64,000 bases of DNA from Naegleria gruberi. Its lineage: Eukaryota. Shown here piece by piece: positions 1 through 9,857 of the stretch. The notes under the pieces were generated by a model. It did no database searches, was not told the DNA's origin, and saw nothing but the letters and a program-made list of their open reading frames with translations. How positions within the stretch are numbered: position 1 is the stretch's first letter; the number at the start of each line of letters is the position of its first letter. Location of the stretch: the NCBI GenBank assembly GCA_000004985.1, contig GG738868.1; one strand, given 5' to 3'. The position numbers and the translations under genes were made by a program.

Positions 1-1048
1 CCAATACTAATTCTCTATCCCTTTTGAATGATTCATTGGCATAGTCAAGTGCGTAGCCATTTTGTTTAACTGCCTTCAAGACAATATCTCTGGTTTGTTC
101 AAAGTTTGAAAAGGCGAAGTTTGTAAATAGCCTTAAAGCTTCTCCATTAGATTCAATTGCTTCCAAAATAAAGTCTGTGTTATATTTAAGCGAATCATCA
201 ATAAAATCAAGAGCTTTTACATTTTTCTTTGTGGCCTCCAACACAATTTCTCTATTTTTAAAAAGTGAATGGTTTGTGTTTTTGAAAGGTAATCCATTTC
301 GAATAGCTTGGATAACAATTTCTCTATCAATATTCATGGAAATATCAGATAGTTTAACACCATCTTGCTTGATAGCATTCAATTCAATTTCCTTTTTCAA
401 TTTTTCAGCAATGGTAATATAGGCCAGGCCGTTTTGTTTAACAGCTTCCAATATAAACTGTCTATCACTTCTAAATGAACTATCTGCAAGTCTAAGTGCA
501 CAGCCATTTTGTTTAATAGCTTCCCTAACAATTTCAATGTCTTGTTTGAATGATGCATCTATATACGGCAATGCTTCACCATTTAATTTCACAGCTTCCA
601 ATACGAATGCTCTGTCTTTCTTAAATGACGAATCAGCATGACTGAATGCACTTCCCTTTTGTTTAATTGCCATCAGTACTATATTTCTATCGTTTTTAAA
701 TGAATTGTCAGCAAACTGTAATGCAGTGCCATCCTGCTTAATGGCTGCCAACACAATTCTTCTGTCTCTTTTAAGAGTTTCGTCTGCAATCTCTAGTATT
801 TGGCCATAGTTTTGTTTGATGGCTTCCAAAACTAAACCTCTATCTTTCCACAGTGATGGATCGGCATAAGATAATGTGTGACCATGTTTTTTAACTGACG
901 CCATCACAATTTCTCGATTCGCCTTTAATGAAGAATGTGCATATAAAAGTGAGAGCGAACAATCTTGTTTAATACCTTGTAAAATGTATTTTTTATCTTT
1001 TTGCAACTTTTCATCGTTCATAAGTGATGAAACATCATACTCTTTCAT
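1..1048 (-). CDS. DUF4116-repeat protein, partial. The start codon is at 1048 and the C-terminus runs off the window edge. It carries at least 9 tandem repeats of about 36 aa (…AVKQNG.AL.YAD.SFK.DREIVL.A…).
   Basis: The minus-strand frame is open from ATG 1046-1048 to position 1 with no stop. Translation gives repeated 'IVLEAVKQNGYALDYANESFKRDRELVL'-type units matching the DUF4116 repeat consensus. The track ORF 177..422(+) is its antisense shadow. Confidence 0.6.
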   Translation of the reverse strand, partial: MKEYDVSSLMNDEKLQKDKKYILQGIKQDCSLSLLYAHSSLKANREIVMASVKKHGHTLSYADPSLWKDRGLVLEAIKQNYGQILEIADETLKRDRRIVLAAIKQDGTALQFADNSFKNDRNIVLMAIKQKGSAFSHADSSFKKDRAFVLEAVKLNGEALPYIDASFKQDIEIVREAIKQNGCALRLADSSFRSDRQFILEAVKQNGLAYITIAEKLKKEIELNAIKQDGVKLSDISMNIDREIVIQAIRNGLPFKNTNHSLFKNREIVLEATKKNVKALDFIDDSLKYNTDFILEAIESNGEALRLFTNFAFSNFEQTRDIVLKAVKQNGYALDYANESFKRDRELVL

Positions 1049-1147
1049 TCTTCTTATTTTTTGATTTTAATCATCACGTTTGACACAATAATTTTCATTC
1101 GAACGAGAAAACAGATTTCTTTGGAGAATTAAACAAAACAATAAAAA

Positions 1148-1912
1148 ATGGGACAAAATCAAGGCTCACCATCATCTGGACAATTAATAAATATTCCATC
1201 GTTATCAAAAGATTTATTAGATAAATTGGCTCATCAGACACATTATGATAAGAAGGAAATTAAACAATTACATACTCAATTCTATTCCGAAGTACCTAAT
1301 GGGGCTATACCTAAAGAGGTTGGTTTTTTAGATCATCAATTTTTAATTTTATTGTGATAGGATTTTTGTCAATTAACGGAATTGATGGGAATTAAAGATC
1401 CATTCATAACTTCATTGGTATTTAATGCTTTTGATAGAAATTGTGATTCGAGTATTTCATTTGATGAGTTTTTGATATCGATGAGTATAATGACAAGGTA
1501 GGTTTGATTAGTTTCGAATAATTGATTAAAATTATTCGAAAAGAGGAAATGCTGATGAAAAATTGGAATTTGCTTTCAAGTTATATGATCTCAATCATGA
1601 TGGATATATTTTGAAAAGTGAAATGACAAGAATTGTAACAGCTCTTTATCAAATGTTGGGTGATTTACTGACATTGCAAGGTGATTTTGGTGGGTTTTAT
1701 TGGAATTTATTTGATTAATTTTATTATGATTTCAGATAAACCTTCAAAACTTGTAGATAAAATCTTTGAGGAAATGGACACAAATAGAGATGGAAAATTG
1801 GTATGTATTTTGGAATACGAATGTTAACTAATTTACAAAATAGACTTTTGAGGAATATAAAATTGGAGCAAAGAAATGCCCAGAAATTGTAAATGGACTA
1901 GCACTTTTCTAA
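1148..1912 (+). CDS. NCS1: Neuronal calcium sensor (NCS-1/frequenin/recoverin family) EF-hand protein, N-myristoylated (MGQNQGS…). Five exons: join(1148..1318,1361..1497,1544..1680,1736..1800,1844..1912).
   Basis: The spliced translation 'MGQNQGSPSSGQLI…AIPKE|DFCQLTELMGIKDPFITSLVFNAFDRNCDSSISFDEFLISMSIMTR|GNADEKLEFAFKLYDLNHDGYILKSEMTRIVTALYQMLGDLLTLQ|DKPSKLVDKIFEEMDTNRDGKL|TFEEYKIGAKKCPEIVNGLALF*' aligns colinearly with NCS-1 (…FKLYDLDNDGYITRNEM…DKNADGKLTLQEF…). All four introns (42-55 nt) have GT..AG ends and the correct phase. Confidence 0.75.
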
Positions 1913-1939
1913 ATAAATTATTGTAAATTATTCTTGTAA

Positions 1940-3319
1940 TCATTCTCTGGATAATTGAAAGAGTGAAAACAAAGAAATTGGATAAATTTCATCACCATCC
2001 ACGATTAAATTACCTGAATCATGAAGAGCTCCGAGTTGTTGCTTAAAGTTAGATGGAATTGGCTCTTCCTGCAGGGCTATCCACAACTTCATGGCTTCAG
2101 AATACTTCAATGGAGTGAAAGATTCCAAATTGGCCTTTCTCACCTTATTCATATCGAGTTCAATATTTTCCTTAGAAAGTGAGAAATCAAATAATCTTGC
2201 CAATATTCCTCTATTATCTGAACAAAGTGATTCAAAAAATTCAGTATTGATTTCCAACATTTTCTTTGTAATTTCTAAAAGGAATTGATTTGAATCATCA
2301 CCAAGCTTGTGAGAATCAGAGATGGAGTAGGAAATATCCAACTCTTCCATCACTAACAATTTGCTTATTTCCCTCATGTTTCCTCCTGTGAGGAAGGTTA
2401 TCTCATTGGCTCTTCCTGATTTACATTTCAGGAACTCTTCAATATTCTTTGAGTTGGTTGGTTTCACAGAAGGGAGTCTAATTTCCAAGAACTTGCTTGG
2501 GGAGAATGCACGTTCTGATTTGAATGGAATGTTGACTTCAGATGAAGGAATGAAATTGGAACAGCTTAGAGTTACGGGAATTCTTCCACTGGAATCCCCT
2601 GCAAGAGTGGACAACCAGGCAATATGAGCATGTGCTTTTGGAAAGTCTTTGGTGTTCAATTCATAAACTTTCTCAACATTGTCAATTATTAACATTAAAT
2701 ACTTGTCGCTTGATTCGAGAAGGGTTGACAATTCATGAAGCTTATCACTATAACCTGACTTTTTTCTCTTCAACGAATGTTCCCTTTCCAATTCACTGAA
2801 AATCAAATCAATTGGTACAGTTTTCTTAAAGCTCTCATTTCCACAAATATGTTCGTATGTTAAATAAATTGGAATAACCTTAGGGTGGAAAACTTGGCAT
2901 GATTGAACAAAGTTTTTGTAGGTCATACTCTTTCCAATTCCTGAATTACCAACAAGAATGATATTGCTCACTCCAGTCTTTCGTACGAAATAACCACTTT
3001 CCAATAAGAAAGCTCGATGGGAAAGTTGCTTAAAGATAGAAGCATGAACAGGAGTATTCGCAATCTCGCTAACAGTAGAAGGATACTTCTCCTTACATGA
3101 TTTAAACATCCTTCTCCATTCCTCAAAAGTTACTGTCTGACTGTTGTAAAATTGTTTAAGTTTCAAAGTCAATGGATTATTCCTATTGGCACTCATTAGA
3201 AAAGAAGACCATTTCGATCCAATAGATGATTCTGATTTGCTGTACATTCTTACCATTACCTTGGGCTTAATCATCCTCAACAGATGATTGGAAGTACAAA
3301 GTTTGTGAGTTTTGAACAT
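1940..3319 (-). CDS. P-loop NTPase of unassigned family (459 aa). Walker A is ILVGNSGIGKSMT, Walker B is LMLIIDNVEKV, and a sensor-like segment is VTLSCSN. It resembles an AAA+/STAND-type NTPase.
   Basis: Uninterrupted ORF with a true ATG at 3317-3319. The Walker A and hhhhDN Walker B motifs have the spacing typical of AAA+/STAND NTPases. I recognise no named family with confidence. Confidence 0.5.
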   Translation of the reverse strand: MFKTHKLCTSNHLLRMIKPKVMVRMYSKSESSIGSKWSSFLMSANRNNPLTLKLKQFYNSQTVTFEEWRRMFKSCKEKYPSTVSEIANTPVHASIFKQLSHRAFLLESGYFVRKTGVSNIILVGNSGIGKSMTYKNFVQSCQVFHPKVIPIYLTYEHICGNESFKKTVPIDLIFSELEREHSLKRKKSGYSDKLHELSTLLESSDKYLMLIIDNVEKVYELNTKDFPKAHAHIAWLSTLAGDSSGRIPVTLSCSNFIPSSEVNIPFKSERAFSPSKFLEIRLPSVKPTNSKNIEEFLKCKSGRANEITFLTGGNMREISKLLVMEELDISYSISDSHKLGDDSNQFLLEITKKMLEINTEFFESLCSDNRGILARLFDFSLSKENIELDMNKVRKANLESFTPLKYSEAMKLWIALQEEPIPSNFKQQLGALHDSGNLIVDGDEIYPISLFSLFQLSRE

Positions 3320-3665
3320 TTTTTTGTTAATACTTGAGGAAAATCTTAATATGTGAATTTCCTTATAAATAATGAAAGATGCTTAACTGGACACATCAAA
3401 GCTAGTTCCTCAATTAATTGAATCAATAGTCCCAACTAAACTTTGCTAAATGCTTTCACCTGGCTTTATTAATAATTACTTTTGACTTGAGTAAGCTTGG
3501 ATAAACTTGTTGATCTAAAAAAAGATTCAAATTTCCAACAAGAAAAAATACATCAACCTGGTGTTTGGTGGATCCTATTAATAATACATTTTTAAAAAAA
3601 CACTTGTACATCAATCTTATTTCCTTGTGATCAACAAGATTTAAATAATATAATACAACATCATC

Positions 3666-5104
3666 ATGGGTAACGCACCGAGTGGAGGACAACAACCTTT
3701 CCAACTTCCTGGCGCTGGAAAAAAGCAGAATAAGGACGATAAGAAAAAGAAGAAGGAAAAGAAAAAGTTTGAACAACCAGTACCAACCCGTATTGGCAGA
3801 AAAAAGAGGAAAAAGGGTCCACAAATTGCTGAAAAGCTTCCAGAAGTTACACCAGTCTCAAAATGTAAACTTAGAATACTACGATTGGAAAGAGTTAAAG
3901 ACTATCTTACAATGGAAAAAGAATTTGTTACTAATCAAACAAAACTTTTGACTGCCCAAGAAAAGAGCAAGGATATGGAAGAGGAACGTAACATGGTCGA
4001 TGAATTAAGAGGATCACCAATGGCTGTAGGAACTCTTGAAGAAATTATTGATGATAACCATGCTATTGTTTCTAGCAGTGTTGGTCCTGAATTCTATGTT
4101 TCAATCCTTTCAATTGTTGATAAGGATCAATTGGAACCTGGTTGTAGTATTTTAATGCACAATAGATATTTGGCTGTTGTTGGTATTCTTCAAGATGAAG
4201 CCGATCCAATGGTCTCTGTCATGAAAGTCGATAAGGCTCCTCTCGAATCATATTCACAAATTGGTGGTTTGGAAGATCAAATCCAAGAAATCAAGGAAGC
4301 TGTCGAATTCCCATTAACACATCCAGAACTTTATGAAGATATTGGTATTAAACCACCAAAAGGTGTTATACTTTATGGTGAACCAGGTACAGGAAAGGTA
4401 TGTAGTAATTATTTATACAACAATGTATTAATCATCATCATTATACTTATATTATTGAATATGTATAATCATATTAGACACTTCTTGCCAAAGCTGTAGC
4501 CCATCACACCAGTGCTACTTTCTTGCGTGTTGTTGGTTCCGAACTCATTCAAAAGTATCTTGGTGAAGGTCCAAAACTTGTTCGTGAATTGTTTAGAGTT
4601 GCTGAAGAATTGGCTCCAAGTATTGTATTTATAGACGAAATTGATGCTATTGGTACAAAGAGATTTGATTCAACATCAGGAGGTGAACGTGAAATTCAAA
4701 GAACTATGCTTGAATTGCTTAACCAATTGGACGGTTTCGATTCCAGGGGTGACGTTAAGGTTATCATGGCCACTAACAGAATTGATTCTCTTGATACTGC
4801 TTTGATTAGACCTGGTAGAATTGATCGTAAGATTAAATTCCCATTCCCAGATGTTAAGACAAAGAGAAAGATCTTTGAAATTCACACTCGTAAGATGAGT
4901 AAGGCTACTGATGTAAATTTGGATGAATTTATTTCCTCAAAGGATGAATTGTCTGGTGCTGACATTAAAGCTATTTGTACAGAAGCAGGTTTGTTGGCTC
5001 TCAGAGAACGTAGACTCCAAGTTACTCAAACAGACTTTACAAAGGCCAAGGAAAAGGTTTTGTACAAAAAGCAACAAGGTATTCCAGAAGGTCTTTACAT
5101 TTAA
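3666..5104 (+). CDS. RPT2: 26S proteasome regulatory ATPase subunit Rpt2 (PSMC1/S4), N-myristoylated. join(3666..4397,4478..5104).
   Basis: 'MGNAPSGG…[15 protein letters not shown]…[24 protein letters not shown]…GEPGTGK|[44 protein letters not shown]…[35 protein letters not shown]…' is near-identical to PSMC1 along its length. One 80-nt GTATGT..TAG intron splits the Walker A codon block in phase 0. Confidence 0.92.
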
Positions 5105-5451
5105 ATCTACTACCTGCACCTAAAGTGTATAATAAAATTTATTGTATTGAATGTAATATTAACAAATTTCAATGACCTTGAACATTTAGTTAATGATTCA
5201 ATTTTGTTGTTATGTAATGCTATTAGAAAGATGAGGTGAATCATTTTCTTAGAACCAAATAGACGAATAATCGTAAGCGAGCAGATATCAACAAATTGAG
5301 AATGTGAAACTATTGTTACTAGCTCAACAACATCCAAGTCAACCTTTAAAGTTCTCCAACATGACCTAACAGCGATACAAAAGTTAATATTGAAATCCTT
5401 TACAATGAGTTTGTATTTCTTTAAAATCTTCCGCCCAAAAACTACAAAAAA

Positions 5452-5756
5452 ATGAGTCATCCTTCCACACCACAAAACGGCACCTCAAGACAACGCTTAT
5501 TTCTGGGTACTCTTGATCCGATTGAATATTTGGATCAGACACTTGTGACAGCACATTTGAAGAATGCTCTCACTCAAGGTATGTTGTTTAGAGTTGATCT
5601 TATGATTGAACTTATTTCTAATAGTGTTGGAGGTGAAACCTGATGATCCTTTGGAATTTCTTGCAGAATAGTAAGTGTTGAAGTGTATGGATGTATTTGT
5701 TTATTCATTAAATTAGCTTTTCGGAAGTGAACATCGAAAAGAAAACTCATCCTTGA
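5452..5756 (+). CDS. DPY30: DPY-30-domain miniprotein (about 59 aa). Model: join(5452..5578,5625..5670,5717..5756). An alternative ends at 5671 (57 aa).
   Basis: '…PIEYLDQTLVTAHLKNALTQ|VLEVKPDDPLEFLAE|YFSEV…' matches the DPY-30 dimerisation motif (…YLDQTV.P.LLQG…RP.DPIEFLA.YL). The introns are 46 nt each (GTATGT..AG and GTAAGT..AG). The third exon is less certain. Confidence 0.45.
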
Positions 5757-5895
5757 AGACACTCGCTCCATTGGTTTTCATCAACAGAAAATAGATGAAA
5801 ACCAGAAATTGGAACGATCTAAAAATTTGCTTACCGTTACAATTTCCATCAACTCTAATTTTCCAAAAAATAGAGGAAATAAATTATTAAAAAAA

Positions 5896-6963
5896 ATGTG
5901 TGGAAGAAGTAACCTCTCTTTACCTCCTCAACGCTTGAGAAATGCCGCAGCACCACATATCGGAGCAAATTTAAACACTACCCTGTGGGTCAATCAAGCT
6001 CTCTACCAACCAAATTTTAATTTAACCACTGGAGCTCACTTGCCACTTTTCTTTGTTGACAAGAATTTAAACGATCAAGAAAAGGACATAAAAAAGGAGG
6101 TTCCTGACAGTTGTGATAAGAAGAAATTAATTAAATTGGAGGCACAAGTTAAAATAGAAGAGCCAACATTGGCTACTAAAATCAAGGACGAATTTGTTGA
6201 AGTGAAGAAAGAAGATAACCAATCGAATATTATTCTAAAATCGGAAGAAATTGTAAAGAAGGAAGAATTGGAAACTATTGAAGGACTATGTATAAGAACA
6301 ATGAATTGGGGAATGTACTCACAAAAGGCCAAGGCGTTTTCAATGAATATTAGATCAGAATCAGTTGCTGAAAAGTTTGGATCCATTTTGAGAAGAAATA
6401 GAGCTATTTTATTTGTTGAAGGATTTTATGAATGGAAGAGTTCTACAAGTGGAGGAAAGGGTCAACCTTATTATATTCATCCAAAACAAAAGGGCAGTCT
6501 GATATGTTTGGCATGTTTATTTGATAAGAAGAAAGGAGAGTCAGGAGATGATTATCAATTTTCAGTATTGACTGTTGATGCTGACAAGACATTCTCACAA
6601 ATACATCACAGAATGCCAGCCATTCTTACAAACATTGAGGATGTAAGAAAATGGTTAGGTATCTCACCAATCAAGGAAGAAAATCAACTACAGTCTCTTC
6701 TCTCCCTCTTGAAACCTTATGAATTTTCACAACACCTTGAAATGTACAAGGTTTCAGATTTTGTAAATAGCACTGCCAACAATACCTCCAAATGTATCAA
6801 ACCACTCTCTGAAATTCAACAAGGAAAAGGAAGCTTACATTCCTTCTTTAAACCTCTATCAAAGAAAGCCCCAGCAGAAAAACGTGTCAAAGACGAAACT
6901 GAAGATTCCTCTTCACATCCATCCTCAAAGAAAATCAAATCAGAACCAATAGAAATTGATTAA
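5896..6963 (+). CDS. HMCES: HMCES/SRAP-domain protein (abasic-site DNA-protein crosslinking peptidase family; YedK/DUF159).
   Basis: It begins MCGRSNL, so the catalytic Cys2 follows the initiator Met. '…GFYEWK…GKGQPYYIHPKQKGSLICLACLFD…FSVLTVDADKTFSQIHHRMPAILT…VRKWL' parallels human HMCES (…GFYEW…QPYFIYF…TIITVDS…IHHRMPAIL…WL). The track ORF starts upstream at a non-ATG codon. The true ATG is at 5896. Confidence 0.75.
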   Translation: MCGRSNLSLPPQRLRNAAAPHIGANLNTTLWVNQALYQPNFNLTTGAHLPLFFVDKNLNDQEKDIKKEVPDSCDKKKLIKLEAQVKIEEPTLATKIKDEFVEVKKEDNQSNIILKSEEIVKKEELETIEGLCIRTMNWGMYSQKAKAFSMNIRSESVAEKFGSILRRNRAILFVEGFYEWKSSTSGGKGQPYYIHPKQKGSLICLACLFDKKKGESGDDYQFSVLTVDADKTFSQIHHRMPAILTNIEDVRKWLGISPIKEENQLQSLLSLLKPYEFSQHLEMYKVSDFVNSTANNTSKCIKPLSEIQQGKGSLHSFFKPLSKKAPAEKRVKDETEDSSSHPSSKKIKSEPIEID

Positions 6964-7141
6964 CTCAATAAACCATGCATTTTATCAATCGCAAGAAATA
7001 CAAAAATCAGACGGTCAACCCCTCTTTATTGTAAACCAAGACATTCAAAGCTGAGATTGAAAGTTTGAAACTCTGCACATTTAATAATAGAAAAAAATAT
7101 CTGGATATCGAAACTAGGCCACACACTTTTAATTTTTAAAA

Positions 7142-7864
7142 ATGAACTTTCAAGCTATTCATCAATCATCCTCTTCCTCTACCTCATCAGGATCATCATC
7201 GGAAAAGAAAAGAGGTGGTAGAAGAGAAATGGGAGAAACAGAAAAAGTTTCCCGAGCACTTTCTAAATTATTGAGACATAAAGCCGATAAAACTAAAGGA
7301 ATTAATTTGAGAGCTGATGGATATGTTCTCATTCGTGAAATTCTTGCATTGAAGGATTTTAAAGGAGTCACTCAACAAATGATTGAAGAATGTGTAAAGA
7401 ATAATGATAAACAAAGATTTAACATGACACAAGATGCCACCACAGGAGAATATATTATTAGAGCTAATCAAGGACATACCATTGCTGTTGAAGTGGAAAT
7501 GGAAGAAATTGATTCACCATCTAAATTGGGAGAATATGCCAATACAGTCATGCATGGAACTTATCATGATGCCTATGATAAAATTGTGCAATCTGGTGGC
7601 CTATCAAGAATGTCAAGACAACACATTCACTTTGCAATTGGAGAACCAGAGGAAGGTCACGTTATTTCTGGTATGAGAAAGAGTGCAGAAGTTTGTTTCT
7701 TTTTAGATGTACAAAAGACCATTGATGAAGGTATTAAATTACTCAAATCATCCAATGGAGTTATCCTCTCACCAGGTAATGATAAGGGACTCATTCCAAT
7801 GCATTGTTTCTCTCAAATTATCGATAGAAAGACAAGAAAAGTACTCTACACTAACAAACCATAA
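7142..7864 (+). CDS. TPT1: tRNA 2'-phosphotransferase (Tpt1/KptA), which removes the 2'-phosphate at the tRNA splice junction.
   Basis: '…SRALSKLLRHKADKTKGINLRADGYVLIREIL…IIRANQGHTIAVEVE…HGTYHDAYDKIVQSGGLSRMSRQHIHF' carries the Tpt1 signatures (LS..LRH, RA.QGHS, HGT, SRM.R.HIH). Confidence 0.8.
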   Translation: MNFQAIHQSSSSSTSSGSSSEKKRGGRREMGETEKVSRALSKLLRHKADKTKGINLRADGYVLIREILALKDFKGVTQQMIEECVKNNDKQRFNMTQDATTGEYIIRANQGHTIAVEVEMEEIDSPSKLGEYANTVMHGTYHDAYDKIVQSGGLSRMSRQHIHFAIGEPEEGHVISGMRKSAEVCFFLDVQKTIDEGIKLLKSSNGVILSPGNDKGLIPMHCFSQIIDRKTRKVLYTNKP

Positions 7865-8023
7865 ATAAATGTTCCATTTGGTCAACCAATTCAATTGAAT
7901 CATTGTAATCATTCGCAGTTAGCAAATAAATGGACTAATTAACATTGCAACCAATCAACTGTGCATGTAACCCATATTGATAATATCATTACGGTAAACA
8001 CTTCATATTGGTTATAAAAAAAA

Positions 8024-9248
8024 ATGAACGACACATACGAAGAACAAGTGGATGAAGTTGGTATCAGTGGTGGTGGAGGAGGTGTTGGTGGATCATCAGC
8101 CTCCAATCAACATCGTTATTATAGTGCAGGAGATTTAATGGATGAAAAATCAAAGAAACGAGTTTCTAGAGGTTTTATTGCCATTGCTGCTTTTGTTATT
8201 TTGGTAATTGCTTTGGGATTGTTAGCCTTGTTGATTTTGTCGATTGCTTTATATTGGACACGAGCAAACAAACACTTATATCCGAATCCCGAATATTCAC
8301 AGAGTACAGATTATATGCATTTTGTAGTTGTAGGCGACCAGGGAAGAGGAAATGATGCACAAAAAACTGTTGCTGCCTCTATGGGAAAATATTGTGAATC
8401 AAGTGCAAGTATTGGCAAAGCATGTCAATTCGTTATTGGTGTTGGAGATAATATTTATGATAATGGTGTCACTGATATGTATGATCAACAATTTAAGACC
8501 AAGTTTGAAGATATTTATGGAACTATTGATGGTTTGAAGGATTTGAAATGGTACATGATGCTTGGTAATCATGGTATGTAACTTGTTAATTAATGAGATA
8601 TTAACTGAGTTTTTAGATTATAGATTGAATCCTGAAGCTCAAATTCAATATTCTCAAATTAATCCACGTTGGATTATGCCAGATTATTTCTATTCATTTG
8701 AAAAGATATCAACTCAAGGAGGATTCAATGTTTCATTTGTTGTGACTGACACTAATCCATTCGTTAAGAGTTATTTCTCTAAATCAGTAATGAATCAAAC
8801 TGCTTTAAATAATAGAAAGGTCAATAATACCGATCAATTAACCATGATTGAAAGTATCATGGAAAAGAATTACAAGAATCCAAACAAATGGACTTTAGTT
8901 TTCGGTCATCATCCTGTATACTCAACTGGTGTTCACTATGATACTCCTGAACTTTTGGCAAGTTATGAACCAATTTTTGATAGATATAAATTACCACTTT
9001 ACATGAGTGGTCATGACCATTTATTGAACTGGCTCTCCAATCCAAAACTTCCATACACTCAATATGTAATTTCTGGTGGAGGTGCTGGTAATACCAAACC
9101 AATTTTGTACAATGCAAATTCCTTGAACGAGTGGAATGATTCTGGATTTTTCTCAATTGAAATTCAATATTCTTTCATATTCGCCAGAGCTTTTGATAAG
9201 AATGGAAAGGAATTGTGGAAATTTAGAATTGACAAACCAACTTATTAA
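8024..9248 (+). CDS. ACP5: Tartrate-resistant (purple) acid phosphatase type 5-like metallophosphoesterase with an N-terminal signal-anchor TM. join(8024..8573,8617..9248).
   Basis: The metallophosphatase motifs GDQG, GDNIYDNG and GNH|D are present. The last is rebuilt across a 43-nt GTATGT..TAG intron. Then '…SGHDHLLNWL…YVISGGGAGN' matches ACP5 (GHDHNLQYL…YVLSGAGNF). A hydrophobic segment (FIAIAAFVILVIALGLLALLILSIALY) lies near the N-terminus. Confidence 0.75.
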
Positions 9249-9359
9249 ATATTTTATTGATAATTTAAATGAACTATCATGTGAATAGTATTATCTTCAC
9301 AATTTCAAATCTTAAAATATGTTTTTCTAAATTTTTGTTGAATTTCAAGCAACAAAAAA

Positions 9360-9856
9360 ATGGCCAGAAAGAACAATAAGAAAATAAAGAAGAGGTAAGA
9401 AAAATATTTGAACTTTTGCGATGCTGAGACAAAAATCAATTTCCGTTCGGTTTTTATTATTAATTTACCATCATGATTATTGATTGTGTAAAATCTTGTG
9501 GAACAAAACTTCGGATTGGATGTGATTAAAATTGTCATCAATTATTATTCAACAACAACAATAGATATAACGATTATTTACTCGAGGAAGAAAAGAGAGA
9601 CGAGGAAAAGAAAAAAGCCAAAGAAGAAGTTAGAAAACAAAAGAGAGAAAATGAAGAAATGTTGGATGAAGTTAAGAACAATCCTCTTGTAAAGGAAGCA
9701 AACAAACAAGCTAAAATAGCCGAAAAGAAGGAAGCCAAAAAGAAAAAGGATGAAGCTGCAATGCAAGATGTTCAATCAGAAGACAAAATGACAGACGAAA
9801 GTCAAGACGTTGAAAAACGACCAAGACGTCACAAGCAAAGAAATAAACCATACTAA
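9360..9856 (+). CDS. Small highly charged K/E-rich protein (about 109 aa), two exons: join(9360..9394,9565..9856).
   Basis: 'MARKNNKKIKKR|RYNDYLLEEEKRDEEKKKAKEEVRKQKRENEEMLDEVKNN…KRPRRHKQRNKPY*'. Exon 1 is 35 nt with a GTAAGA donor. The 170-nt intron ends CAACAATAG. The frame continues into the track ORF 9659..9856. The family is not recognised. Confidence 0.35.
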
Positions 9857-9857
9857 T

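Noticed and set aside
177-422. 81-aa plus-strand ORF in the track
   Set aside because: It lies entirely antisense to the DUF4116-repeat gene, whose minus-strand frame is open and repeat-structured across it. The composition is a mirror of the repeat. It is not an independent gene.
5110-5475. 121-aa minus-strand ORF between Rpt2 and the DPY-30 gene
   Set aside because: Low-complexity, AT-codon-driven sequence (…FNINFCIAVRSCW…) in a 3'UTR/promoter spacer. It has no motif, and its start overlaps the DPY-30 start region. I judge it a chance ORF.
5809-5895. N-terminal 29 codons of track ORF 5809..6963
   Set aside because: The track 'M' at 5809 is not an ATG. SRAP/HMCES proteins require Cys at position 2, which is provided by ATG 5896 (MCGR…). 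I therefore start the CDS at 5896.
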